This document shows, piece by piece, positions 1 through 9,109 of a DNA stretch of 36,972 nt. The first letter of the stretch is position 1, and every line of letters begins with the position of its first letter. The notes under the pieces are model-generated. The model saw nothing but the letters and a program-made list of their open reading frames with translations. It did not search any database and was not told where the DNA came from. A program made the translations under genes and the position numbers. Source of the DNA: a virus (Duplodnaviria > Caudoviricetes); the IMG/VR virus record IMGVR_UViG_3300005326_000091, positions 1 through 36,972 of that record. One strand, given 5' to 3'.

Positions 1-123
1 CGTTAAAAGAAGATGAAGAAAACGAAAATAATATCGGAAAGGTAAAAATTGAATGAAGCCAAAGATAAGCATTGTTATTCCATATTTTAAAAATAAAGAT
101 ACTATTTCCAAATGTTTATATCA
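1..123. repeat. Terminal direct repeat (circular assembly overlap), left copy
   Basis: Bases 1-123 are identical to 36850-36972; the ORF 36573..36905 ends in the overlap and ORF 53..1726 starts in it. Confidence 0.97.
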
Positions 124-1726
124 TATAAAACAACAAGATTTTAAGGATTACCAAGTAATCATTGTTAATGATGAAAACAACGCTAAAAACCCAGAAAAGA
201 TTATTTCAAAGGCCGCCAAAAATAGCGATTTAGATTGTGTAATAGCTTCGTATGGTAAGAATATGGGAGCTAGTTACGCCCGTAATTATGGGGCTAATTT
301 AGGGAAAGCAGAATATATTTTATTTTTAGATGCTGATTGCTATCTTTACCCTGGAATGTTAAGAGAATGTGTGGAACAACTAGATGACAATCAGGACATT
401 GATTTTGTTTATGGTAATTATAGATTTATAGAAAAAAACAGCGAGTTTATTTCAAAACCATTTGACCCGTATTTACTAGAAACAATGAATTATATTTGTA
501 CAATGAGCCCATTAAGAAGGACTGCATTTGATAAAGTTAAAGGTTTTATTGACGGACAGAAATTCTTTCAGGATTGGTCATTATTTTATCGTATGGTAAA
601 AGCCGGATCACAAGGGAAATGGATAAATGAATTTATATTCTCAACCCCACTACCAACAGAAACAAGCGTTTCTGGTTCTCAGGGTTTAACCTTGGCTGAA
701 AAGGCTAAAATATTTAGATCAGAGCATGGGATTGAAGATAAGTCGTTAGTTGTAACAACTCTTGGGGCTCCACTACAAGCAATCCAAAGGGCAAAGATGT
801 TGGGCGCAGACTATGTTGGAAGTAACTTGAATAGTAGATCCGCAGTTTATCCAATACAATATCAATTTGATAATTGGAAAGGAACTTATTTAGTCGGTTG
901 TTATAACTCAACTTTGGACGCATTACAAAATCATTTATCTATTTGTGTAGGAAAAAAGATAATTCACTTTATCGGAACAGACGTATTTGACTTAATAAGC
1001 AAACACCCCATAGAACAATTAGAGGTTATAAAAGAGGTTTTTAAGGCTAATAAAGCTAAGTTATTTGCTAATAGCTCAAGATTAGTAAAAGAGCTTGTTA
1101 AATGCGGAATTGAAGCCGAATTATTATTTACACCAATCTATAAAATCGAAAGATATAAACCGACAGCATACCCAAAAGAGTTTAGCGTAGCGATATATTA
1201 CAGCGACAGCAACCACGCCCACTTACTAAATGGGGCGAACGGTATAAGTAATTTACCTTTAATAGTAGAAGTTGCAAGGGCATTACCATTTATTAAATTT
1301 AAATTCTTTGGCGGAAAGATGAAAGCGATTAAAGGCAACATAGAATATTGCGGAAATATTCCCGAAGATAAGATGTCTGAATTTATTTCTTCGTGCTCTA
1401 TGTACTTAAGGGCTACAATCCATGACGGATTCCCTCAGTTGCCAATCCAATTTATGTTATCGGGCAGGCCAACACTTGTTAGCTGTCCGGACGTAGAAAT
1501 GATGTTTGCAGACAAGCTAAGTTTTGAAGAGCCGCTTAAAAATAAAGTTGGTTTTTATAGAGCTAAAAAAGAAATGATTGATAAAATTAGAGCAATTAAA
1601 GAAGAATGGGAAGGCAAACCATTAAATGAAATAAATATTTGGCAGAAAGAAGTCTTTAAATATTATTCTAAATTATTAGATGTGAATAAATATAAAAATC
1701 GTATTTATGAGGTATTAAATGATTAA
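53..1726 (+). CDS. Two-domain glycosyltransferase: N-terminal GT2 (GT-A) plus C-terminal GT4-like (GT-B) domain
   Basis: N-term ISIVIPYFK, VIIVNDE, GASYARNYGA, ILFLDAD (DxD), QDWSLF. C-term GNIPEDKMSEFISSCSMYLRATIHDGFPQLPIQFMLSGRP resembles the GT4 EGFG..EAM..G.P motif. Confidence 0.88.
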   Translation: MKPKISIVIPYFKNKDTISKCLYHIKQQDFKDYQVIIVNDENNAKNPEKIISKAAKNSDLDCVIASYGKNMGASYARNYGANLGKAEYILFLDADCYLYPGMLRECVEQLDDNQDIDFVYGNYRFIEKNSEFISKPFDPYLLETMNYICTMSPLRRTAFDKVKGFIDGQKFFQDWSLFYRMVKAGSQGKWINEFIFSTPLPTETSVSGSQGLTLAEKAKIFRSEHGIEDKSLVVTTLGAPLQAIQRAKMLGADYVGSNLNSRSAVYPIQYQFDNWKGTYLVGCYNSTLDALQNHLSICVGKKIIHFIGTDVFDLISKHPIEQLEVIKEVFKANKAKLFANSSRLVKELVKCGIEAELLFTPIYKIERYKPTAYPKEFSVAIYYSDSNHAHLLNGANGISNLPLIVEVARALPFIKFKFFGGKMKAIKGNIEYCGNIPEDKMSEFISSCSMYLRATIHDGFPQLPIQFMLSGRPTLVSCPDVEMMFADKLSFEEPLKNKVGFYRAKKEMIDKIRAIKEEWEGKPLNEINIWQKEVFKYYSKLLDVNKYKNRIYEVLND

Positions 1727-2597
1727 GCCAAATGTCGGAATAATTGGTTATGGAATAGTAGGGAAATCAGTTGAACTGGGGTTTTCTCGCCATTGCAATA
1801 TATTTATTCATGATATTAACCCAGAATTAAACCGAAATCCCCTTTCTGAAGTTGTCATGGGTTGTGATTTTATTTTCGTAAGTATTCCAACTCCGTTTAG
1901 TTTGAAAGATAATATAACTAAAACAGATTGTATTGATAAAGTTATGATAGAAATAAATTTAATAGCTAAAAATAGAGAAATAAACCCGATTATTATTGTT
2001 AAATCGGCGATAGTGCCTAGAGTTGTTAAATATTGGGTAAGAAATCTTAAAAATATTGAATTAGTAATTTCACCCGAATATTTAGCTGAAAAGACACATT
2101 ATCACGATTTTGTTAACCAAAAAGTTATGATATTAGGTGGAAATAAATTGATTTGTGAACAAGTCGTAAAACTCTTTAATCAATTTAGTATTTGTAATAA
2201 AACTTGTAAAATTGGTATTTGTAGAGCAGAAGAAGCGGCATTAATTAAGTATATGGAAAATAGTTTTCTAGGATTAAAAAATATATTTAATAATCAGTTT
2301 AAAAAATATTATGATAAATTTTTTGGTTGTGAAGGTGATCATCAAGGATTTAATAACTTAATGGACGTTTTTTATTTAGATGAAAGAATGGGGATTTCGC
2401 CTACAAAATACAGAGTTCCTGGCCATGATGGAGATATAGGCTATGGTGGTAAGTGCATTCCTAAGGACATTAAAACAATAATTCAAGAAGCTAAGAGTAT
2501 AAGCGCAGATTTAACTTTAATGGAAAATGTAGATCAGATTAATGAATCAATAAGAACAAAAAAAGACTGGCTAGAAATAAAAGGGGCGATTGAATGA
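1719..2597 (+). CDS. ugd: UDP-glucose/GDP-mannose dehydrogenase family protein (short form)
   Basis: Rossmann GIIGYGIVG; SIPTP; SPEYLAE; IKYMENSFLGLK; catalytic GYGGKCIPKD. Confidence 0.9.
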   Translation: MIKPNVGIIGYGIVGKSVELGFSRHCNIFIHDINPELNRNPLSEVVMGCDFIFVSIPTPFSLKDNITKTDCIDKVMIEINLIAKNREINPIIIVKSAIVPRVVKYWVRNLKNIELVISPEYLAEKTHYHDFVNQKVMILGGNKLICEQVVKLFNQFSICNKTCKIGICRAEEAALIKYMENSFLGLKNIFNNQFKKYYDKFFGCEGDHQGFNNLMDVFYLDERMGISPTKYRVPGHDGDIGYGGKCIPKDIKTIIQEAKSISADLTLMENVDQINESIRTKKDWLEIKGAIE

Positions 2598-3298
2598 AAA
2601 TAACTTATTGTTTACCGGTATTTAATGAAGAAGTATTAATTTCAAAATCTATTGATAGCCTATTGGCGCAAGAAATACCAGGGGAAATATTAATTTATGA
2701 TGATGGAAGTACAGATTGGACAAATGAAGTATTAAAACATTATTTGCCTATTATTAATGAACATAATGCAAAACTTGGGTGGTCTAATAATGAAGTTGGA
2801 ATTTTCTTTAATAAGAAAAGAAAAGGTGCGGCATATTGCAGGAACTATTTAAATAATTTAGCTAGTGGAGAAATAATTTCAGTTTGTGACGCTGACGAAT
2901 ACTATAAATTTAGATGTCATGTAATTAAGGAAGCGTTTACATTGGATAAAGACTTAGATTTATTGCATTGCTCTTTACACTTAAAAGATGATGTAAATCC
3001 GCTTGCTATGTATACTCAGGAAGCCTACAGCTGGAATTTAAAAAGTAAATGCCCAATCTCACACCCGACTGTATCAATTAAGGCAGAAATAGCGAAGAAG
3101 TTTAAATATTATGAGCAAAGCATAGAAACCGATTTATATGAGTTTTATTTATTAGATATCGGGCTTTCTGGTGCAAAAATTGGCGGTTGCCAAGACCCCA
3201 TAATGCTGAAATATGAAAATAAAAGTAATAGAGATATGACTAAATCAAAAGAGTTAAAACTTGAAATGTATAAAAAGTATAATATTGATATAATTTAA
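2594..3298 (+). CDS. Glycosyltransferase family 2
   Basis: LPVFNEE, ILIYDDGSTD, GAAYCRN, CDADE, HPTV motifs. Confidence 0.9.
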   Translation: MKITYCLPVFNEEVLISKSIDSLLAQEIPGEILIYDDGSTDWTNEVLKHYLPIINEHNAKLGWSNNEVGIFFNKKRKGAAYCRNYLNNLASGEIISVCDADEYYKFRCHVIKEAFTLDKDLDLLHCSLHLKDDVNPLAMYTQEAYSWNLKSKCPISHPTVSIKAEIAKKFKYYEQSIETDLYEFYLLDIGLSGAKIGGCQDPIMLKYENKSNRDMTKSKELKLEMYKKYNIDII

Positions 3299-3322
3299 AT
3301 ATTAAAATAAAGAAGGTGATTT

Positions 3323-3361
3323 ATGGTTAATAAATGCGGCAAAGGCGGGAAAAAGAAATAG
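3323..3361 (+). CDS. Putative 12-aa basic micro-peptide MVNKCGKGGKKK
   Basis: AAGGTGA Shine-Dalgarno at 3313-3319 just before ATG; fills an intergenic gap. Confidence 0.4.
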   Translation: MVNKCGKGGKKK

Positions 3362-3401
3362 TAATAATTGTAAAATAAAAAAAAGTAAATAAGGATTAAC
3401 A

Positions 3402-3833
3402 ATGAAAACCAAAAAAATTAAAAAAAATAAAAAAGTAAATTTAGATAGTTACGTTTATATTGAGCAAGAAATAGATAGACCATTACCAAAAGAAGCTGAA
3501 TTTGTAACGGTTATGCCTGGTGAAAACAAGACTTTTACACAACCATATTTTCAGAAGTATGAAACGCCTATGGGTAATACTGGCGAAAGATATTTGGGAA
3601 TGCAACAGTTTACAAGACAATTACCAAGCAAAGTAATTTATAAAATACGTCAAAAATATGCCAACAAGTACGATAAAGAAGAAAAAATAACAAAGAAAAA
3701 TTTAGATGAATTAAATAAAATGATAGAACTAAAACAAAAAGAACTAGGGGAAATTAAAAGTAAAATAGAAAATTATTATTTAAAAAGTAATCAAAATAAA
3801 ATAATTAGAATGTTTTTAAAGGGTAATAAATGA
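3402..3833 (+). CDS. Hypothetical protein with C-terminal coiled coil
   Basis: AAGGA RBS; ATGA overlap with next gene. Confidence 0.75.
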   Translation: MKTKKIKKNKKVNLDSYVYIEQEIDRPLPKEAEFVTVMPGENKTFTQPYFQKYETPMGNTGERYLGMQQFTRQLPSKVIYKIRQKYANKYDKEEKITKKNLDELNKMIELKQKELGEIKSKIENYYLKSNQNKIIRMFLKGNK

Positions 3834-4453
3834 GATTTAATTCAACAGAAGAAGCACAAAAGTATCACATTGAAAATTATCATTCCGATGGCATTGAAAA
3901 AGAAATGTTAACAGAAAACAGCCACGACTGGAATAGGTTTACTTTTATCCGAGAGCATATTGCGAGAGATAAACCTATACTAGATGTTGGTTGTAATGGT
4001 GGAACTACATTAATTCATTTTAAAGATAAATATCAGTGTCAAGGAATTGATATTGTCCCTGAATTAGTTGAAAAAGCCAAAAAGCGTGGAATATTCGCTT
4101 CGGTCGGGAGTGCGGAAGACCTGTCTAAATTTAATAAAAACGCTTTCGGTACGGTTATTTGTACTGAGGTTTTAGAACATCTATTTGACCCTGAAATAGC
4201 GGTAAAAGAGGCTTTCAGGGTACTATCTAAAGGCGGTAATTATATTGTTACAGTCCCTTTTAACCAGAGAGAAAAGCTTGGAGATTTTCACCAGCAAAAC
4301 TTCACAAAAGAATCCATTTTTAATTTACTAGCAAAATATTTTAAACCAGAAAATATTAAGATGTGGGATATTCCGTATTCAAGATGGTATAGCGTGCAAA
4401 ATAAACTACCTATTGATGAAGCTCGATGGATAGGAATTGTTGCAACCAAATGA
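3830..4453 (+). CDS. Class I SAM-dependent methyltransferase (Methyltransf_11/23-like)
   Basis: ILDVGCNGG motif I, GIDI, VICTEVLEHL, RVLSKGG..IVTVP. Confidence 0.92.
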   Translation: MRFNSTEEAQKYHIENYHSDGIEKEMLTENSHDWNRFTFIREHIARDKPILDVGCNGGTTLIHFKDKYQCQGIDIVPELVEKAKKRGIFASVGSAEDLSKFNKNAFGTVICTEVLEHLFDPEIAVKEAFRVLSKGGNYIVTVPFNQREKLGDFHQQNFTKESIFNLLAKYFKPENIKMWDIPYSRWYSVQNKLPIDEARWIGIVATK

Positions 4454-4656
4454 TTAAATATATTTGCGATAAATGCTCTAATGAATCATTATCTAAGGAA
4501 GAAGCAAATATTAATTTTAAAATTATAAATACTGAATTTAATTTATGTTTACATTGTGGGTTAGAAATTGACATATTATTTAAAAGCTTTATAGAAAATA
4601 ATAAAGAAGATTTTTCAGAAAAAACAAAACATATTTTGGAGAATCATTTTGATTAA
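4450..4656 (+). CDS. Small Zn-finger protein (CDKC...CLHC)
   Basis: The ATG at 4450 overlapping the MTase stop (ATGA) is a more likely start than 4426; two CxxC pairs. Confidence 0.7.
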   Translation: MIKYICDKCSNESLSKEEANINFKIINTEFNLCLHCGLEIDILFKSFIENNKEDFSEKTKHILENHFD

Positions 4657-5707
4657 AATTTGTTATATACCAACATTAAATACCCCTATATGCTTATGGA
4701 GAATAGAAAATTACGCTAATGAATTATTAAAGTTCCAGGATAAATGCAGGGTATATGTAGATTATTTTTATAGCCCCGATGATAATATAGCTTGGGATAG
4801 AGTTTGTTTGATGGATACCGATGACGCTAAGGTTATAAGGGAACGCTTAGACGCCGCTTTTCAGCATTTTGATATTATAGTATTCCAGAAAATACAATAT
4901 GCGCCAGGAATAGAATTATTTACTAACTTAAGAAATAAATATCCTAAAACTAAATGCTTAATAGATATTGATGACGCCGTAGGGGATATCCCTCCATCAC
5001 ATTATTATATTGATATGATGAAAAATGAGCAAAGTTATGCGGCCTATCATATCCAAAAATCTGATTATGTTATAAGTTCCACTAAATATTTAGCGGATTC
5101 TATCGGACAATTAAATAAAAATACCTATGTTTTGCCTAATTGTATAAATGAAGATTTATGGAAAATTGACCCAATAGAAAGAGAAGAAAAAAATAAAAGA
5201 AGATTGGTTTATGTCGCTGGCGGTGGCCATGACGAAGACTTAAAGATAGCATATAGAGCAATAAAGCCGTTATTAGATGAATTACCTATTGAATTATTTG
5301 TTAGATATGGCGGCTTTAGGCCTGATTTTTTGGAAGAACATAAAAATATAAATTTTAAATCTGTAAGTTGGCATATATCGAATTATCCTCAGAAATTATA
5401 TAATTTAAACGCTGATATTTTTTTAGCCCCGTTAAGAGATACAGAATTTAATCGTTGTAAATCAAACCTTAAATGGATTGAAGCCGCTTATTTGAATGTC
5501 CCGTTAATAGCTAGTAATGTTGAACCTTATAAATTAACTAAAGAAAATGGTTGTAAAATTACCTTATGCGAAAACGATAAGGATTCTTGGTATAATAATT
5601 TAAAAGATAGTGTATTTAATTGTTATAAATTAAAAGATGAATGTTTAGCCAAGTATAATATAAATAAAGAAGCTGAAAAATTAATAGACTTTTATAATTC
5701 AATTTAG
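4649..5707 (+). CDS. Glycosyltransferase, GT4/GT-B family
   Basis: DIIVFQK, LIDIDD, VLPNCI, DIFLAPL...FNRCKSNLKWIEAAYLNVPLIASNVEPY. Confidence 0.88.
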   Translation: MIKICYIPTLNTPICLWRIENYANELLKFQDKCRVYVDYFYSPDDNIAWDRVCLMDTDDAKVIRERLDAAFQHFDIIVFQKIQYAPGIELFTNLRNKYPKTKCLIDIDDAVGDIPPSHYYIDMMKNEQSYAAYHIQKSDYVISSTKYLADSIGQLNKNTYVLPNCINEDLWKIDPIEREEKNKRRLVYVAGGGHDEDLKIAYRAIKPLLDELPIELFVRYGGFRPDFLEEHKNINFKSVSWHISNYPQKLYNLNADIFLAPLRDTEFNRCKSNLKWIEAAYLNVPLIASNVEPYKLTKENGCKITLCENDKDSWYNNLKDSVFNCYKLKDECLAKYNINKEAEKLIDFYNSI

Positions 5708-5740
5708 GTATAATAGAAATTAAGACTAAAAACCGATCTC

Positions 5741-5775
5741 AGGATAGCTCTATTGGGCTATCCTTTTCTATTTTA
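5741..5775 (+). terminator. Intrinsic terminator-like hairpin
   Basis: AGGATAGCTC-TATT-GGGCTATCCT followed by TTTCTATTTT, directly upstream of the AGGAGG RBS of 5788. Confidence 0.65.
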
Positions 5776-5787
5776 TAGGAGGAAAAA

Positions 5788-6906
5788 ATGAAAAAGATAT
5801 TAACAACCCTGGTTTTACTTTTAGTATTATCCGGCAGTTTATTTGCTTCAACCGTTTTACGGACAGGGACAAGTTATAAGGCAATAGATATTATTAGCGA
5901 AACTGTACCGACTAGCGGGTTTTTTCAATATTCTTTTTCAGGGGTAGGTGATTATTCATTAGTTGACTTCACAGATTCTACCGCTACGACTGCTAGCGTT
6001 AAATTTATGAAAAGTAATGGGACAGTAGATTCAACCGTAACGCTTACAGCAGGAACGCCTATTGTAAATAAAGCTTATAATAATATTGAAGTCCGTATAA
6101 ATAACACCACAGGGGCTTCATTAGTTCTTAGCGGAACGGTTAAGGTTTATAAATCAGATAAAGTAAATATTACTGTTAGTAATGCTGATAATTCAGCAAC
6201 AAACCCTATATATACTCAATTAACAGCGTCAACTGGAAGCATAGGATATGTCACGGTAAACGCTATTACCGGAGCATTACCGGCCGGAACTAACCACCTG
6301 GGAAGTGTTACGGTTAATTCGGTAACGGTTGGCCAGGTCACCGTTAATGCGATAACAAGCGAACTACCAGCTGGTACTAAGAGCATAGGGCTAGTAACTG
6401 TTAATGCGATAACCAATGAACTACCGGCCGGAACACAAACAATAGGCAAGGTGACTGTAAATTCTATCGTTGGAGAATTACCAGCAGGAACGCAGACGAT
6501 TGGTAGCGTAACCGTAAACTCAATAACAAACGCATTACCAGCTGGAACTAATTCTCTTGGATATGTAACTATTAATGCAGGCTCTATTGGCACGGTTACC
6601 GTTAATTCTTTATGTGCTACCAGTATTACAATCTATAATACTACTTGCACAACTGCTGACGTAGAATATAGCCAGGCATTGCCCGCAGGCACAAAACGAA
6701 TATCTTTATCCGTAATTGATGGAATTGATACTAATAATTTAAGAATTGCCTATGAAACTGGAAAAGTTGCCACACCAACATCACCTTATTATAAATTTCC
6801 ACAAAATATGGAATATTCCGATTCTTTTTTAGCTCTTGATGGAAAAACTATTTATTTTGCTTCAAGTTCGGCTGGAAAAGTAGTCCAAATCATAACTTGG
6901 CAATAA
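5788..6906 (+). CDS. Ser/Thr-rich repeat protein with predicted Sec signal peptide; putative virion decoration/fibre or host-surface protein
   Basis: MKKILTTLVLLLVLSGSLFA signal-like N-terminus; GxVTVNxIxxxLPAGT repeats; lies in the structural operon. Confidence 0.75.
   Translation: MKKILTTLVLLLVLSGSLFASTVLRTGTSYKAIDIISETVPTSGFFQYSFSGVGDYSLVDFTDSTATTASVKFMKSNGTVDSTVTLTAGTPIVNKAYNNIEVRINNTTGASLVLSGTVKVYKSDKVNITVSNADNSATNPIYTQLTASTGSIGYVTVNAITGALPAGTNHLGSVTVNSVTVGQVTVNAITSELPAGTKSIGLVTVNAITNELPAGTQTIGKVTVNSIVGELPAGTQTIGSVTVNSITNALPAGTNSLGYVTINAGSIGTVTVNSLCATSITIYNTTCTTADVEYSQALPAGTKRISLSVIDGIDTNNLRIAYETGKVATPTSPYYKFPQNMEYSDSFLALDGKTIYFASSSAGKVVQIITWQ
6235..6610 (+). repeat. Degenerate 57-bp (19-aa) coding repeats GxVTVNAITxELPAGTxxI
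   Basis: Five full units plus three shorter GxVT(V/I)N units in the translation. Confidence 0.85.
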
Positions 6907-6920
6907 AGGGGAATAAAATA

Positions 6921-9095
6921 ATGAAAAAATTATTTATTGCTTTATTAATTTTATTTGTAAGTTCAAATATTTTTGCAGAATTAAAAATTGGGAATACTTC
7001 GAATTTTGCCAAAAAAAATGTAGATAATAGCTTTACCGCTACCCAAACAATTAGCCAGCCAATTATCAGCACGATAGCAACCGGAACAGCCCCTTTTTCA
7101 GTTGCTTCAAACACTAAAGTTACAAGTTTAAATGTTGGTTATGTAAGCGATTATCATTTTGATTTGTCATCTCCAACCGCAGATCAACTATTGGTTTATA
7201 ATGGCACAAGCTTTGTTAACCGAACAATTCCAAATGCAGTGGCCGGGGCTGGAGTTTTCTTTTATTTAGATGACACAGCAAGCGGAGTTGTAACTTTTAA
7301 TAGCTTGCTTCCAACGCCAGACGTAGCAACCGCTGAAGAAACGGACAGCGCAACTTGCAATTCAACCGTATCTAATGAATATGGCGGCTATATATCTACT
7401 GCCATTACTAGGTCATCGATTGAAGCCGGAGAATGGGAATTCACTTTATGGGCTTATGTTGATAGCAATGTTGGAGTTTCTAAATGGAAAATTGATACTT
7501 ATAAAAGGTCAAGCGTTGGCGTAGAAACTTTATTATTCACCGAATATTCGCCGGAAATTAATGCTATTACTACAGTTAATGAATACATTATAGCTTCAAC
7601 TCAGCCGGAATATGATTTCGATTCTGGGGATATGTTGCTAGTAAAATTAACGGCAACAACAGATGGTGTTTCTACCAGGACGCTTTATTTTACTCATAAT
7701 GGGAGTAAACACTATTCTTTTTTAAAAACCCCTTTATCTCTTCAGCATAATTCTTTGCCAGGGTTGAATAACTCGCCTTATTTTCACAGTGACCAGGCAA
7801 TACTTCAGGCTTCCAGTGTTACTTTCGCAAATATTAATAGCGGTGGAACTATTACCGGCTCAGTTTTGGCGGCAACTACTTTAAACGCCACTTCAATATC
7901 CGGAACTTTATCTACCGCTTCGCAACCAAATATTACGACAGTCGGATCACTTGGCGATTTGAACGTTGTAGGAACAGTTACCGCCAATAAATTTGCTGAT
8001 GGTACAATAGAAATAACAGGGGGAAGTATTAGCGGGGCTTCAACTTTAGGCGTTGGTGAAATTACAAGCGCAACCACAAATTCAACAGCGGTTATTCAAT
8101 TAAATAGTACCGACATTAATACCGCAGGCACACTTTCCAATGTGGCGTACGAAAATCAAATAAATAGTTTTACGGCTACTCAGACCATAACAAATGGGGG
8201 AAGCAACACAAATTCGTATAAACTAACACTAGACGCAAATAATGGAGGAGAAACGCAAACATCATCTATTCAAACTCTTTATGGAGCAGACCCCTACATG
8301 AGAACATCTGTTCCGAACGATTCAGGGGCTGAAACAGCCGTTTTTGATATCCATGACACGGTAATAGCCTTTACTAACGATAATACCGTAGATATTGGCG
8401 CAAATGGGGCAAACAGACCTAAGGATTTATATGCCGCTGGGACTATAACTTGCGCTACTTTAAACGCCACTTCGATTGCGGGAACAATAACCACTGATAA
8501 TGTGAGCGCAATAACTTTGAACGCAACTACATCTTTACAGTTTAATAGTACAGATATTAATACGGCCGGAACTTTAACAAACGTTGCCTATGAAAATCAA
8601 GAAAACGTGTTTACTGTAACTCAAAATTTTAATACACAAGTACAAGTAACTGGAAATTTAAATTTAGTGGGCACGTTAACAACCACTACAGTAAACGCAT
8701 CTTCTTCAGCCGGTGTTTATTTATATTCCGTTAGCGGCAATTCAGTGTTGATGGATAATAATGGTGATCTTTATTTTTATAAATCAGGGACACTTGTTTC
8801 AAGCCGAATTGTCCAAAGAGGGCAAATTGCGGCGGCGGCTTATATAGACATTGACCCAGGTGCTTACTTTTCATCGCTTATACATATTTATACAAATAAA
8901 ATTGGCGATACTAGCACGTGGACAAACCAAATTTATCATAGTGGTTTTGGTTCTGTTGGTGCTTCTATTTCAGTTCTTAACGGGACTGGCGGTTATCCTT
9001 TAACAATGAGCAATCCGTCAGGATATTTAAGGTTTACAAATGGAAATGCGGACACAGTTAATTACACTATTGTTGTAGATAGCGCAATTTATTAA
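6921..9095 (+). CDS. Tail fibre/spike-like protein with predicted signal peptide
   Basis: Start reassigned to ATG 6921 (AAGGGG RBS); MKKLFIALLILFVSSNIFA; fibre-like motifs (ATGTAPFSVASNTKV, DIGANGANRPKDLYAAG, N.FTATQT); C-terminus paralogous to 15878..16651. Confidence 0.75.
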   Translation: MKKLFIALLILFVSSNIFAELKIGNTSNFAKKNVDNSFTATQTISQPIISTIATGTAPFSVASNTKVTSLNVGYVSDYHFDLSSPTADQLLVYNGTSFVNRTIPNAVAGAGVFFYLDDTASGVVTFNSLLPTPDVATAEETDSATCNSTVSNEYGGYISTAITRSSIEAGEWEFTLWAYVDSNVGVSKWKIDTYKRSSVGVETLLFTEYSPEINAITTVNEYIIASTQPEYDFDSGDMLLVKLTATTDGVSTRTLYFTHNGSKHYSFLKTPLSLQHNSLPGLNNSPYFHSDQAILQASSVTFANINSGGTITGSVLAATTLNATSISGTLSTASQPNITTVGSLGDLNVVGTVTANKFADGTIEITGGSISGASTLGVGEITSATTNSTAVIQLNSTDINTAGTLSNVAYENQINSFTATQTITNGGSNTNSYKLTLDANNGGETQTSSIQTLYGADPYMRTSVPNDSGAETAVFDIHDTVIAFTNDNTVDIGANGANRPKDLYAAGTITCATLNATSIAGTITTDNVSAITLNATTSLQFNSTDINTAGTLTNVAYENQENVFTVTQNFNTQVQVTGNLNLVGTLTTTTVNASSSAGVYLYSVSGNSVLMDNNGDLYFYKSGTLVSSRIVQRGQIAAAAYIDIDPGAYFSSLIHIYTNKIGDTSTWTNQIYHSGFGSVGASISVLNGTGGYPLTMSNPSGYLRFTNGNADTVNYTIVVDSAIY

Positions 9096-9109
9096 ATGGA
9101 GGTAAAAAA

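Noticed and set aside
1-123. Biological terminal repeat of the virion DNA
   Set aside because: It falls across a gene junction far from the terminase region; more simply an assembler overlap on a circular or permuted genome.
53-5707. DNA hypermodification (glucosylated base) pathway
   Set aside because: No hydroxymethylase, TET/JBP oxygenase, nucleotide kinase or phage DNA polymerase recognised, and the cassette sits among structural genes. Not formally excluded.
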